Positions 1-11,657 of a DNA stretch of 64,000 nucleotides are shown piece after piece; positions within the stretch are counted from its first letter, which is position 1, and the number at the start of each line of letters is the position of its first letter. Below the pieces are notes generated by a model. That model made no database searches, had not been told where the DNA came from, and was given only the letters and a program-made list of their open reading frames with translations. The stretch lies in the NCBI RefSeq assembly GCF_004010195.1, contig NC_057719.1:21857895-21921894 (forward strand), read 5' to 3'. The position numbers and the translations under genes were made by a program. This DNA is from Chiloscyllium plagiosum (Eukaryota).

Positions 1-261
1 GTTTGGGTCGGTGGGGGGTGTGGATCTGACAAGGGAGTCGCGTAGGGAGTGGTCTCTACGGAAAGCTGATAGGGGAGGGTAGGGAAATATATCCTTGGTG
101 CTGGGGTCTGTTTGGATGTGGCGGAAGTGACGGCGGATGATGCGCTGTACATTGAGATTGGTGGGGTGGTAGGTGAGGACCAGTGTGGTTCTGTCCTGGT
201 GGCGGTTGGAGTGGCGGGGCTCAAGGGCGGAGGATCGGGAAGTGGAGGAGATGCGGTGGAT

Positions 262-720
262 ACTCCCTTGTCAGATCCACACCCCCCCCCGACCCCACCT
301 CCACTCCCGGCACCTTCCCTTGCAACCGCAGGGGGTGCAACACTTGCGCCCACACCTCCCCTCTCACTTCTCTCCAAGGCCCCAAGGGAAACTTCCATAT
401 CCGCCACAGATTCACCTGCCCCTCCACCCACATTATCTACTGCATCCGCTGCAGCCGGTGTGGCCTCCTCTATATTGGGGAGACAGGCCGCCTACTTGCG
501 GAGCGATTCAGAGAGCACCTCTGGGCCACCCGGACGAACCAACCCAACCACCCTGTAGCACAGCATTTCAACTCCCCCTCCCACTCCACCGAGGATATGC
601 AGGTCATTGGACTCATCCACCGCCAAACCACAACAACGCGACGGTCGGAGGAGGAGCGTCTTATCTTCCGACTGGGAACCCTCCAACCACAGGGGATGAA
701 CTTGGACTTCACCAGTTTCT
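262..720 (+). pseudogene. PLE GIY-YIG endonuclease C-terminal fragment, frame open
   Basis: Within ORF 183..1031: GTFPCNRRGCNTC...IIYCIRCSRCGLLYIGETGR..ERFREH...VAQHFN...EEERLIFRLGTLQPQGMN. This gives GIY/YIG-type motifs, Cys motifs and a terminal G-x-N. The RT part is missing. Confidence 0.88.
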
Positions 721-932
721 TCATCCCCCCTCCCCCACCTTGTCTCAGCCGGGTCCCTCCCGCCCGGCACCGCCTTCCTGTCCTGCAGTCTTCTTCTTGT
801 CCTCTCCGCCTCCATCCTACTCCGACCTATCACCCTCACCTTGACCTCTTTCCACCTATCACATTTCCAACTCCCCTCCTCCAAGTCCCTCCTCCCTATC
901 TTTTATCTTCTCCTGCTGAACACTCTCTGCTC

Positions 933-968
933 ATTCCTGAAGAAGGGCCTGTGCCCGAAACGTCGAAT
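933..968 (+). ncRNA. Minimal type I hammerhead ribozyme motif
   Basis: ATTC-CTGAAGA-A-GGGC-ctgt-GCCC-GAAA-CG-TC-GAAT: helix I, CUGANGA core, helix II, GAAA, palindromic ACGT helix III, GUC cleavage triplet. Confidence 0.8.
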
Positions 969-1218
969 CTCCTGTTCCCTGGATGCTGCCTGACCTGCTG
1001 TGCTGTTCCAGCAATAAAGTTTCAACTTTGATCTCCAGCATCTGCAGACCTCACTTTCTTGCAGTCTTCTGCAGTCTTCTTCTTGACCTCTCCGCCTCCA
1101 TCCTACTCCGACCTATCACCCTCACCTTGACCTCTTTCCACCTATCACATTTCCAACTCCCCTCCTCCAAGTCCCTCCTCCCTACCTTTTATCTTCTCCT
1201 GCTGAACACTCTCTGCTC

Positions 1219-1254
1219 ATTCCTGAAGAAGGGCCTGTGCCCGAAACGTCGAAT
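1219..1254 (+). ncRNA. Minimal type I hammerhead ribozyme motif (second pLTR)
   Basis: Identical to 933-968. Confidence 0.8.
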
Positions 1255-3876
1255 CTCCTGTTCCCTGGATGCTGCCTGACCTACTGTGCTGTTCCAGCAA
1301 TAAAGTTTCAACTTTGATCTCCAGCATCTGCAGACCTCACTTTCTCCTGTAAGTATTTGGCTCTATCTTCTGGAAGAAAAGTCTTTGAAAAATTTAAAAG
1401 AGGATAGATAACTTCTTAGTAAGCAAGGGGATGAAATGTTGTCAGGATTAATTGGGAATGTGAATTTGAGGTTGCAATTATCCGAATTTTCTTTTCATTG
1501 GCAATGCGACACAAGGCATGAGAAAGTCTTGCCACAATTATTTATTTATTAACTGAAGGAACCTAGCTGATTATTCTTTTTATCTGATACTGAGTTAAAT
1601 ACATGTTAATTTATTTAATTGCCAGTATCGTTACCTTTTTTAAATTCAACCTCTGTTGTGATCAGTGGATGAGTGAAACAGGGAAAGGAATCAATCTGTC
1701 CTTTACAACTTGGTTGTAATAGTGTCTTCATAAATGAAACACTAAACATTAGCATGCAGGTTCAGAAAATAATTAGGAAAGCAAATTAAATTTTGGCCTT
1801 ATTATGTCATCACAATAGATTAAAATCCTAAAGCACCTAATGGCATTTTGAATATGTAATTACAGCATGTGTTCTTTCAAAGAAAAACACATTTAGCCAA
1901 AAGATAACAGCAGGTGTAAATTCAGTAGCTGTCCTGTGAGGGAACACAGAATGTCACACTCGAAGGTGCCAAGGAAATTTCATGTGTCAACCTTTCAAAA
2001 GGAAACAAGCATGTAAAGCGAACTGGACTGTGATCTGTTGTGGTTTAAAAGGTGACAAGGGACTGACTACCTCCCACCACTATTCATCTTAACAAGCAGA
2101 AAACCATCTCCTATGAATTATGATCCAATTACAGACATATTTATGTTTACTCCTTTCAAAAATACACAAGAACTGGACACAAGAGCCACATTGAACATTA
2201 GTCTGCTTGTGTGGTTGGACTGGTGGGCTCTGAATGTCACAGTTTGCGGATAGTTATTAAACACCCTTGCATTGCTGGTAAAAATAGAAACAGTCTTCTA
2301 TCATTCTGATTGCTGAAAATGAAACCACAATTGGAAAGAAATAAAAGCCTTGCAGCTGTTATAAATCCAAACATTTTGAAATGAACTGCTCACTTACCAA
2401 TGTTAGTGGTACAATTATCATCTGATGTAATATCCTCAATATACCATTGTCTACTGTTCACGGAACTCAGATATTGATTTGTACATCTTCCTTCAACTGT
2501 TTTTTTTAATAATCTCTTATTTCTCAATATCTGTGTTTGCGTTATTATTTCTTCTTGTGTTTGGTATATTTTAAAAAAAACACACATTTTCAGTAATTCA
2601 AGAGAACTTGCTTAAATTGTCTCTTTTTAAAAGAAAAGTTCATGTGGTCTGGGAGAAAGGTATCCAGAAGGGAAATGATCCTTTTTTTTAAATTAGTTTT
2701 GTTTTGACCAACAAAGGAATTGTGAATAAAGAAGGGGAACAAATTATCTTCCTCACCTGGGAACTTGACACTTTGAATGATCCCATCTGGAAATGTGGTG
2801 ATTTGAGGAACTTTGTCCAGGGACTGATCATAGCAATTGCAAAGGGGTGGAGTATAATGAGGGATGTCTTGCAACAAATGAGCATGTCATTGGTGAGTCC
2901 AAGTGCATTCTTCTTATTTGATGAGGAATATATCAACATCATCAGCAATTCTTGGAAGGTCAAATAGATTGTTTCTTGGGCTGAAGGTGTTGTCATAAGG
3001 AGAAAGGCTGAATTGGCTATGCCATGACTCAATAGTGTTGGAAAGAAGCAAAAGTAACCCAACTGTAACATTAGGTTCCGAAGTGGATTTGACAGGTTAG
3101 ATTCTGAGAAGTTTTTTTTTCCTTTATAGGGAATTTAGAACTAGACAACACTGTTTCAGAATAAGCAATTGTTTCATACAGCAGGACTTAAATATTGATG
3201 AAAAGAGAGGCTGTGATAAGAAAGAGATTTCTTCTCTCATTGGGGCATCAATCTTTGACATTGTCTACTGCAGAGAACATTGGAGGCTAAATCAATGAAT
3301 ATATTTAAAACTGTTGTGAACAGATTCTTGAACTATTAGATGATAAGGGGTTATCCCTAAGGCAGAAAAATGGAATTGAGGTCAACATCCAATACCAAAC
3401 AACCCAGATGGCCTCCTCCTTCAAAGACCACAATTTCCCCCCAGACGTGATCGACGATACTCTCCACCGCATCGCCTCTATTTCCCACTCCTCCGCCCTT
3501 GAGTCCCGCCCCTCCAATCGCCACCAGGACAGAACCCCACTGGTCCTCACCTACCACCCCACCAACCACCATATACATCGTATCATCCGCCGTCATTTCC
3601 GCCACCTCCAAACGGACTCCAGCACCAAGGATATATTTCCCTCCCCTCCCCTATCAGCGTTCCAAAAAGACCACTCCCTCCGTGACTCCCTCGTCAGGTC
3701 CACACCCCCCACCAACCCAACCTCCACTCCCGGCACCTTCCCCTGCAACCGCAAGAAATGCAAAACTTGCGCCCACACCCCCCCCCTCACTTCCCTCCAA
3801 GGCCCAAAAGGATCCTTCCATATCGATCACAAGTTCACCTGCACCTCTACACACATCATTTACTGCATCCGCTGCA

Positions 3877-4056
3877 NNNNNNNNNNNNNNNNNNNNNNNN
3901 NNNNNNNNNNNNNNNNNNNNNNNNNNNNNNNNNNNNNNNNNNNNNNNNNNNNNNNNNNNNNNNNNNNNNNNNNNNNNNNNNNNNNNNNNNNNNNNNNNNN
4001 NNNNNNNNNNNNNNNNNNNNNNNNNNNNNNNNNNNNNNNNNNNNNNNNNNNNNNNN
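3877..4056. other. Assembly gap (180 N)
   Basis: Run of N. Confidence 0.99.
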
Positions 4057-4173
4057 CCACTCCGGCCTATCACCCTCACCTTGACCTCCTTCTACCTATC
4101 ACATTTCCAACGCCCCTCCCCCAAGTCCCTCCTCCCTTACCTTTTATCTTAGCCTGCTGGACACACTTTCCTC

Positions 4174-4210
4174 ATTCCTGAAGAAGGGCTCATGCCCGAA
4201 ACGTCGATTC
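4174..4210 (+). ncRNA. Minimal hammerhead motif
   Basis: CTGAAGA-A-GGGC-tcat-GCCC-GAAA-CG-TC; helix I imperfect. Confidence 0.7.
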
Positions 4211-6454
4211 TCCTGCTCCTTGGATGCTGCCTGACCTGCTGCGCTTTTCCAGCAACACATGTTCAGCTCTGATCTCCAGCATCTGCAGTCCTCACTTTCT
4301 CCTCAACATCAGATCAGCCATGATATTTTTGAATGACGGAGAAGGCTTGAGCAGCTTTTCCTTTCTATTTCTTGCACTCTTACGTTCAATGGAGCAGGGG
4401 AAAACTACCATGAAATCACTCAACATGGTATCATTTCTGCCACTTCTACACAATTGCAGTTCCGGCTTGGTGACTTATTCCAGAAGCAACTTGGAGACAT
4501 AAATATCCTCCATCAGATCAATGTGAGCAGTTAGCAGATAGAGGGACAGATATTCATCTCCCTAAACTGAGCAAGCACATCTCCTTCCTCCTAATACTAC
4601 TTTCAGTACTCTGCCGAATGTTTTCACTTTACTTCAAGGGAAAATGCATTAATTTGAATAGTCAATAATCATTAATACTATGCAACATTCTATTTTTAGA
4701 GTTGTTCTTATATCCACTACTCATCATGTCTGGACTTTGACAATTTCACTGAAATTGTGACTACACAAAAATACCTATTGCTATTACAGTCTTTACTGAA
4801 AAAATGTAAATGAGGCACCATTTTCTATGATTTATTAACATCCAGATGCACTCAGAAACCAACACATAAAGTGGACCACAGTGAGATTGTCAAACAGCCA
4901 GTCACACTGCCTAAGGTAAAACCAGAGTGTAGAAAGATTTTGTTCAGAATATCACAATGGAATAAAATGCTTCCTTTGTTTAATTGTACAAAATACACAG
5001 AGGAAAGGAAGTTATGTGACAGCAGTTAGTTAGATGCAAGTCTGTCTTCAGTAGTAATTCAACTTTATATTTTTCAAAGCCTGCAAATAATATTTCCTGA
5101 AAATTATGCTCAGATTCATAGGAGGTTAGATATTAGTTTCAATGCAGTATGGATATTCTTGAATGTACAATTTGTTGTGTGGATGTAAATCTTCTGTCAA
5201 TTCTTTTTTTCCCAGAAACCATTACTTACATGATATAATAACACAGTGCAGATTTGACATGTACCAATGTCATGGAAAATAGCAACATAAATCTGGCTTA
5301 CATTAGAAAAGAAATAATGCCACACCATGTTTGACTTCTATTATGATGATATTATTTCCTGATTTGAAAAAACAATGAAATATCTGTGGATTACCTCACA
5401 AATGAATTAGAGGTGAACTCTGACACAACCCCTACACGATGAATTTTTTCCAGATGCCTGTCTTCCACCCAGAGTTCACAGATCGCGGTATTAATTTACA
5501 GATCTTACCTTTTTACCTTCAATATCCTGCTGAGTCCAAACCATTAAACCAGAAACTGTTTTTGTCTCCATACCTGAATAACTTGTTGGTGCTCTTTTTC
5601 TTCTGTATTATCCCTCACAGCTGCTATCATGCAAGATTTAAGACTAATTGACACCTTTCTTTTGCTTGTGGGGTTTGCAATGACTCTTATTCATGCATTA
5701 AGACCCTGACAGCTATACTTGGAGTGAATAGCTAGGATGATGTGCAGTGCAGATAAGGCTCTGATGCTTTCTTTATACACATGTTGGAAGTCTCAGGCAT
5801 TGATCAATTGCTTTGTTAATGCAGTATACATGCCCTTGCAAGGTATGACATTGTTATATGTAGACATTAATCATATCTGCAGGGACTTACTTAGCTTTGG
5901 AAGTTTGAGAATTCCTTCATTTAATAAAACAGAGAACAATGTCCACCCCAGTATGTTTAAAATGGAACACTAGGTGTAAACCTCTAGTTCTACAAACATG
6001 CATAGGAAGTGGGGTCATTGAGTTACAAGTGAACATACAAAAAGAATGGAACTCAGATAGGTAGATTGATGGGAGGATGGGAGAGTGGTAGGAGGGTGGT
6101 TAGGCTTACAATCAATCACAGATGTTCGAATAGTCCCACTTACAATCTTTGGTCAATGAGGCGTTAACTAATCTCAGGAAAGGTGAATGTGACATTTGAC
6201 GTCAGTGTTATTGTGCTCTGGCAGAGAAAAGAAATAAAAGCATTGTTCCTGTTGTGAATGTTATTTGGAATATCCACTTCTACCAGTAATGGATAACCAT
6301 GATGTGGAGGTGCCAGTATTGGACTGGGGTGGGCAAAGTTAGAAGTCACACAACACCAGGTTATAGTCCAACAGCTTTATTTGAAATCACAACCTTTCAG
6401 GTTATGGCCCCTTCATCATATGAAGTGAGAGAGAAGCACACGGACACAGAATTT

Positions 6455-6547
6455 AAAGTTAAAAATCACACAACACCAGGTTATAGTCCAATAGGTTTAA
6501 TTGGAAGCACACTAGCTTTCGGAGCGACGCTCCTTCATCAGGTGATA
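6455..6547 (-). mobile_element. Family B pLTR stub
   Basis: AAAGTTAAAAATCACACAACACCAGG...CTTCATCAGGTGA; the same text occurs at 6930-7020 and, reversed, at 35400-35490. Confidence 0.75.
6510..6544 (-). ncRNA. Minimal hammerhead motif, family B
   Basis: Minus strand: CAC-CTGATGA-A-GGAGC-gtc-GCTCC-GAAA-GC-TA-GTG. Confidence 0.78.
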
Positions 6548-6700
6548 TCAAGGCAGAGAGATCAAGGACAGACAGATTAAAAGATCATACAACTGGTACG
6601 AGTGGAGTGTTGAATCGTAAGTCTCTGCAGGTAATCAAAACTGTCAGACAGTATAACAAAGATGTCAACAGCTTAATAACAAGCAAATAGATGACCTATA

Positions 6701-7688
6701 CACAGGAACGTCGATTATCCAAACGAGATGGGGGGGCAGTATTTCATTCGGATAATTAATTATTCGGTTAATTGATTTAATGCCTCTGTTCTGGGGCTCG
6801 GAGTTTTCTGAAGTTTCCTTTTTCCTTGCTCTGCCCACCTTGCTCCCTCTCTCTGTCTCAGGGTTTGTTTCTGAGCAGACACACTTGTTTTTAAGGTTTG
6901 GAGATGCCGGTGTTGGACTGGGGTGTACAAAGTTAAAAATCACACAACACCAGGTTATAGTCCAACAGGTTTAATTGGAAGCACACTAGCTTTTGGAGCG
7001 ACGCTCCTTCATCAGGTGATAGTGGAGGGCTCGATCGTAACACAGGATTTATAGCAAAAATTTGCAGTGTGATGTAACTGCCTGTCCCGTCCGCACCCCC
7101 AGCCCTGTCCTCGTCCTCCCCCACCCACTATCTGCCCCTCCATCTGCGCCCCCACCCTCTGTCCAACCCGGCTGCCCTGCCCACCACCCCCATGCATCCC
7201 CACCCTCCCATCAGCCACTAACCCCCCCAACCCTGGGGCAGCTGGACTGGACACCAACAGAAAGACTGCTGCTGCCTTTGGGGGATGAGGGGGGTGTCGG
7301 GGATGAGTCTCAAAGTAACACACACACACTTTTTTACTGCAACTTTTTGACAAGTTCCACCTTTGCCCTGTACAGGACAAGGTAGGAGAGATTATCTGGG
7401 AAAGGGAGGTTTAGTGTACACCCCTGAGCAGAACCCAGGGAAAGTGTGGGGAGAGAGAGAGGGTGGGAAGTCAGTCATTTGGAGACGGTGCCTGGGCTCC
7501 CATCAATATCCAGGACCGTTCTCGGCAGCATTTCAGTAAGCTGAGTTCATTTTTAATCATTGTAAACAAAAGATGCGATCAGTGTTGGAAACACCTCTTT
7601 GATGTAATGTTTTTATCGGGGCCTTGAGTTCTTCTTCGGATAATCTGAAATTTGGATAATTGATGTCCGGATAATCGAGGTTCCTCTG
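6701..7688. mobile_element. Non-autonomous Tc1/mariner (pogo/Tigger-like) element
   Basis: Imperfect TIRs: CACAGGAACGTCGATTATCC on the left and CAGAGGAACCTCGATTATCC on the reverse complement of the right end. TA flanks both sides (6699-6700, 7689-7690). Confidence 0.75.
6895..7079 (-). mobile_element. Family B pLTR inserted in the TIR element
   Basis: Matches the reverse complement of 35340-35525; hammerhead-like motif at about 6985-7018 with a G12 change. Confidence 0.75.
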
Positions 7689-8969
7689 TAATCTGATTAA
7701 ATGAAGCGGACAGATAATCCCAAAAAATTAAAAATAAGATAGTGTTGGAGACAAACCAAATGACTGGAATAACATGATAGGTATAAGAGTCACATGCTGA
7801 GAGTCTAATCAAAGTAATAAGTAATCCAAAACTGTATAAACTAATTAAGGTAGAAATATCCTCACAATTTATCAAGGTGATGGTGTCAAAACAGGACAGT
7901 AAGGAAGATTTTATACAGACACAGAACAGTATGGTGGGGTCACATGTAGCATGACATGAACTCAAGATCATGGTTGAGACCGTCTTCATGAGTATGGAAC
8001 TAGACTGTCAGTTTCTGCTCAGCGATTCTGCATTGTTGTGTCTCTTGAAAGCCTCCTTGGAGGACGCTTGCTCGAAGATCAGAGGTTGAATGTCTGACCA
8101 CTGAAATGTTCTCTGACTGGGAGGGGAACATTCCTATCGGGTGCAGTGACCATTCCTCCCTTTTTGTAACATCTGCATGGTCGCCAATATACCATGCCTC
8201 GAGGTATCCTTGTCTGCGGTGTATGCAAAAGACTACATTAGTCGAGTCACATGAGTATCTATTGTGTACGTGGTGGGTGGTGTTCCCATGTATGATGGTA
8301 GAATCCATATTAAGGATCTGACATGTCTTGCAGAAGTTGTGTGGTGTTGTGGTCAATGCCATCCTGAAGGCTGGGTAGTTTGCTGCAAATGATGGATAAA
8401 GACAAGATGAATAGGACACCACTTCTTACTCAGGATGCTGACATCGAAAGGGGAGCCATGTGAGTAAGGAATTGTTCCTGAGCTAGCAGCTGAGGAACTA
8501 TCCTCACTGACTTCAAGGAGGATTACAGGATTGGGGGGGGGCAGGGGTGGGAGCAGGAAGAAAACAATATTATTGCTCTGAAATCTGAGCCACATCTGTA
8601 GATTTCAAAACTATTGCCAAAAAGATTGAACATGAACTAGTTTATAAAATTGATTGGGAGCCCAAAGTTTGCTAACAATTACAGGCAGATTTGTACTTTA
8701 TATCACTATGTTGTTCTCTATGCCAATTTAACTTAGTGGTTTTAATTCTGTCTGGATACAACAAAGATGGCTTCCAAAGGCTGTGTATAATGAAGTAGCT
8801 ATGTCTGATTTGGATAGCATTCAGACTTGGGCCAAAAAACACATATCAATATGGTAGACAAGTATCAGGCAATAAACACTTCCAACCTAAGGAAGTTTAA
8901 TCAACCTCCCTCAATTTAATGACTGAAACCCTTACCATTATTAGCTCGGGGTTGCCAATGAACTCCACT

Positions 8970-9660
8970 ACTTTTTGTCATTTATATAAATGATTTGGAT
9001 GTGAGCATAAGAGGTATAGTTAGAAAGTTTGCAGATGACACCAATATTGAAGGTGTAGTGGACAGCGAAGAAAGTTACCTCAGATTACAACAGGATCTTG
9101 ATCATCTGAGTCAATGGGCTAAGAAGTGGCAGATGGAGTTTAATTCAGATAAATGTGAAGTGCTGCATTTTGGAAAAGCAAATCTTAGCAGGACTTATAC
9201 ACTTAATGATAAGGTCCTAGAGAGTGTTGCTGAATAAAGAGACCTTGAAGTGCAGGTTCATAGCTCCTTGAAAGTGGAGTCGCAGGTAGATAGGATAGTG
9301 AAGAAGGCGTTTGGTATGCTTTCCTTTATTGGTCAGAGCATCGAGGAATGATGTTGGGAGCTCATGTTGCAACTAGAGGGCATTGGTTTAGGGTGAGAGG
9401 GGAAAGATGTAAAAGAGACCTAAGGGGCAACTTTTTTGCGCAGAGAGTGGTACGTGTATGGAATGAGCTGCCAGAGGATGTGGTGGAGGTTGGTACAATT
9501 GCAACATTTAAAAGGCATTTGGATGGGTATATGAATAGGAAGGGTTTGGAGGGATATGGGCCGGGTGCTGGCAGGTGGACTAGATTGGGTTGGGATATCT
9601 GGTCAGCATGGACAGGTTGGACCGAAGGGTCTGTTTCCATGCTGTACATCTCTATAACTA
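8970..9660 (+). mobile_element. CR1/HER1-like LINE 3' fragment with internal deletion
   Basis: IYINDLD...KFADDT...WQMEFNSDKCEVLHFG; RGHWFRVRGER...WNELP. Confidence 0.88.
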
Positions 9661-11534
9661 TGTCTGTAAACAATATCTGTGGATTGGAGCAGAGAGATCG
9701 AAATTTAAAATAATAAGTCACTTCTCAAAGACTGAGACTTAAACAAATTGACAACTATTAATTTGCATCATTCTGCATATGCTTATGAATAAGTTGTTTT
9801 CTTCCAAATCAAATGTAGCAGGATAGAGAGTACCACATTGGTGAAGAAATGTCTTCAGAGAGCTTATAAAACCGAATGTTGTTGCTATCATTTTAAACAG
9901 CATTGTAATTTTATTTGAATAATTATTTTGCTTTAGGCTTGTGTCTCACATATCAGTAAACAAATAATAGGTGATTGTGGAAAAAAGAGGACACATCAAC
10001 AACAAAATGTAACGTGTGAAATTTTCTGCATAACAAGTATTTGACTTCAAAATAAAACAAAACACAGTTATAATCTTTGTAAATACAAATTTTATTCAAT
10101 TCTCACTGAAACTATGTGTTTGAAATCCAAATAATTTGCATCAGATCATTTGAAACCAATGAACCTCTTATTGCACAACTGAAATCCAGAATGACTTTGA
10201 TGGATCCACTGGGGTTGTGTGACTTTTTTTATGTCAGTTAAATAAATTCAGCATGCTTAACCTAGAAATAGGGCCTTGAACTGTTTGACCTAAAACAATG
10301 TTAAATTAAATCAGCTCACTTTTCCATAAAGTTTTGAGAAACATTAAATAAAATGTAAATCAGAGTCTGATTAGCAAATCTGAGCTAAGGGTTGGGCACT
10401 CATTAAGTCAGTTGGCTGTATGGCTTGAATGTGATGAAAAATGATGCCAATAGATTGTATTCAATTCCCACATTGGCTATGAGAGCTGGAAATGTTTATC
10501 ACAAAAATTCAACATTTTTAATGAGAGCGTATCATTCTCCTTTATGGCAATCAAATTTTAAAGCATTGAAGGTGACTTTATAAAATATGTAGAACTATAT
10601 AACTGATGTATATTAATCATTTTCTTATTTTGTTTTAATGTGTAAATTTTTTCAAATGTGATTAACAAGTCCCTATGTGTTTAAAAACCAGCAAAATTTG
10701 AAGAAGCTCCTTAAATGGCTGCAGCTGGGTACAATTGATGGAAACTGGCCACCTTCATCATTTCAATATTGGAGCATGACCAAGTTTGAGGTAAGGTTTG
10801 CTTCTCGTGTAAGACGTTTAAGCCAAAGTTAAAGATCAGAGAAATTCAATTGACAATTGATGTAACTTACAGTTAAAATCCCTTGACTTCTATGGTAGTT
10901 TGACCAAATATGATCAGATTGCACAAGTTTCCATGTCCAGATAAGGACAACCTTTGACACAGCTGATACCTTTGTGCAATGCACCAATGTTCAGCAGCGA
11001 AAGGAAACATATAAGCATGACCATCTTGAAAGATATGTTAAAGGGCTGTTAAAACCTATGGCTGTCCTGAAAGACTACTGAAGAGAGAATGAATAAAACA
11101 GTTTATGTCCACACATTAAATATTATCTTTTAATAATCTCGCAAACAGCAACAGCTATTTATTTACTTGGTGATTTCTTTTTGATTGAAGTGCTGAAAGA
11201 ATAATTGGTTTCTGGTTTAAAGATTCACTAAATGACCAAATTTATCTGTAGCCCCTGATTTAAGACAAAATTTCTTCTCTGCTGAGTTATATTTTGAACA
11301 GTTGCACCCAGAACGTAGTTTTCATCTGTGCTCATGATGAGTGAGTTAGTCAAATACAAATTGATTCAGCAAGTTATGTTCGGTGAAAGTATTCCACAGA
11401 AAAAAACTATTCAAAATGCTCATGTTATGATGCTTAAAGATGGAAATGTCTTTTTCATGAAAGCGATTTAATTCTTTTCTCTATGCCATTGTTGAGAATG
11501 AATAGGCCTTACATTATGCTAACGGCTGAGGGAG

Positions 11535-11640
11535 CAGACATAGGGAGAACATGCAAACTCCATATAGTCAATCACCCAAAGTTGGAATCAAACCCAGATC
11601 CCTGCTAGTGAGGTAGCAGTGCTAATCACTAAGCCACAAG
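11535..11640 (-). mobile_element. HE1-like SINE 5' fragment
   Basis: Reverse complement resembles the tRNA-like head of the copies at 47616 and 56072. Confidence 0.55.
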
Positions 11641-11657
11641 ATATTCAAAGAGCTGTT

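Larger units (their letters stand above)
1..1348. mobile_element. Young Penelope-like retroelement (family A), 5'-truncated, with inverted 5' segment (1-260, minus) and 3' part (261-1348, plus)
   Basis: Reverse complement of 1-260 aligns by eye with the plus-strand PLE at 3461-3720. 261-720 encodes a GIY-YIG domain, followed by two tandem pLTR copies ending in CTCACTTTCTCC. Confidence 0.9.
783..1348 (+). repeat. Tandem pseudo-LTR pair (783-1059 and 1069-1348; period 286 bp)
   Basis: Direct repeat; I count 3 substitutions between the copies. Confidence 0.92.
3390..4302 (+). mobile_element. Penelope-like element (family A variant), 5'-truncated
   Basis: ORF 3408..: linker region, then GTFPCNRKKCKTC...IIYCIRC up to the gap; pLTR after the gap. 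TCAACATC is duplicated at 3382-3389 and 4303-4310. Confidence 0.88.
3080..4370 (+). mobile_element. Old CR1-type LINE 3' end, split by a PLE insertion
   Basis: Degenerate CR1 3' text at 3080-3389 resumes at 4303 (GGTCAACATC|AGATCAGCCATGAT). Confidence 0.55.
6300..8400 (-). mobile_element. Decayed Penelope-like element with nested insertions
   Basis: pLTR-like end at about 6300. ORF 8000..8422(-) retains CKTC...YSCDSTNVVFCI..RQG..EAWYIG...VLQGG...IAEQKL, a GIY-YIG remnant. Confidence 0.75.

Noticed and set aside
112..844. Pro/Ser-rich ORFs 112..558 and 173..844
   Set aside because: Alternative frames of the C-rich PLE and its inversion junction.
2590..3071. Overlapping ORFs of 87-127 aa
   Set aside because: No homology or convincing splice sites; expected by chance.
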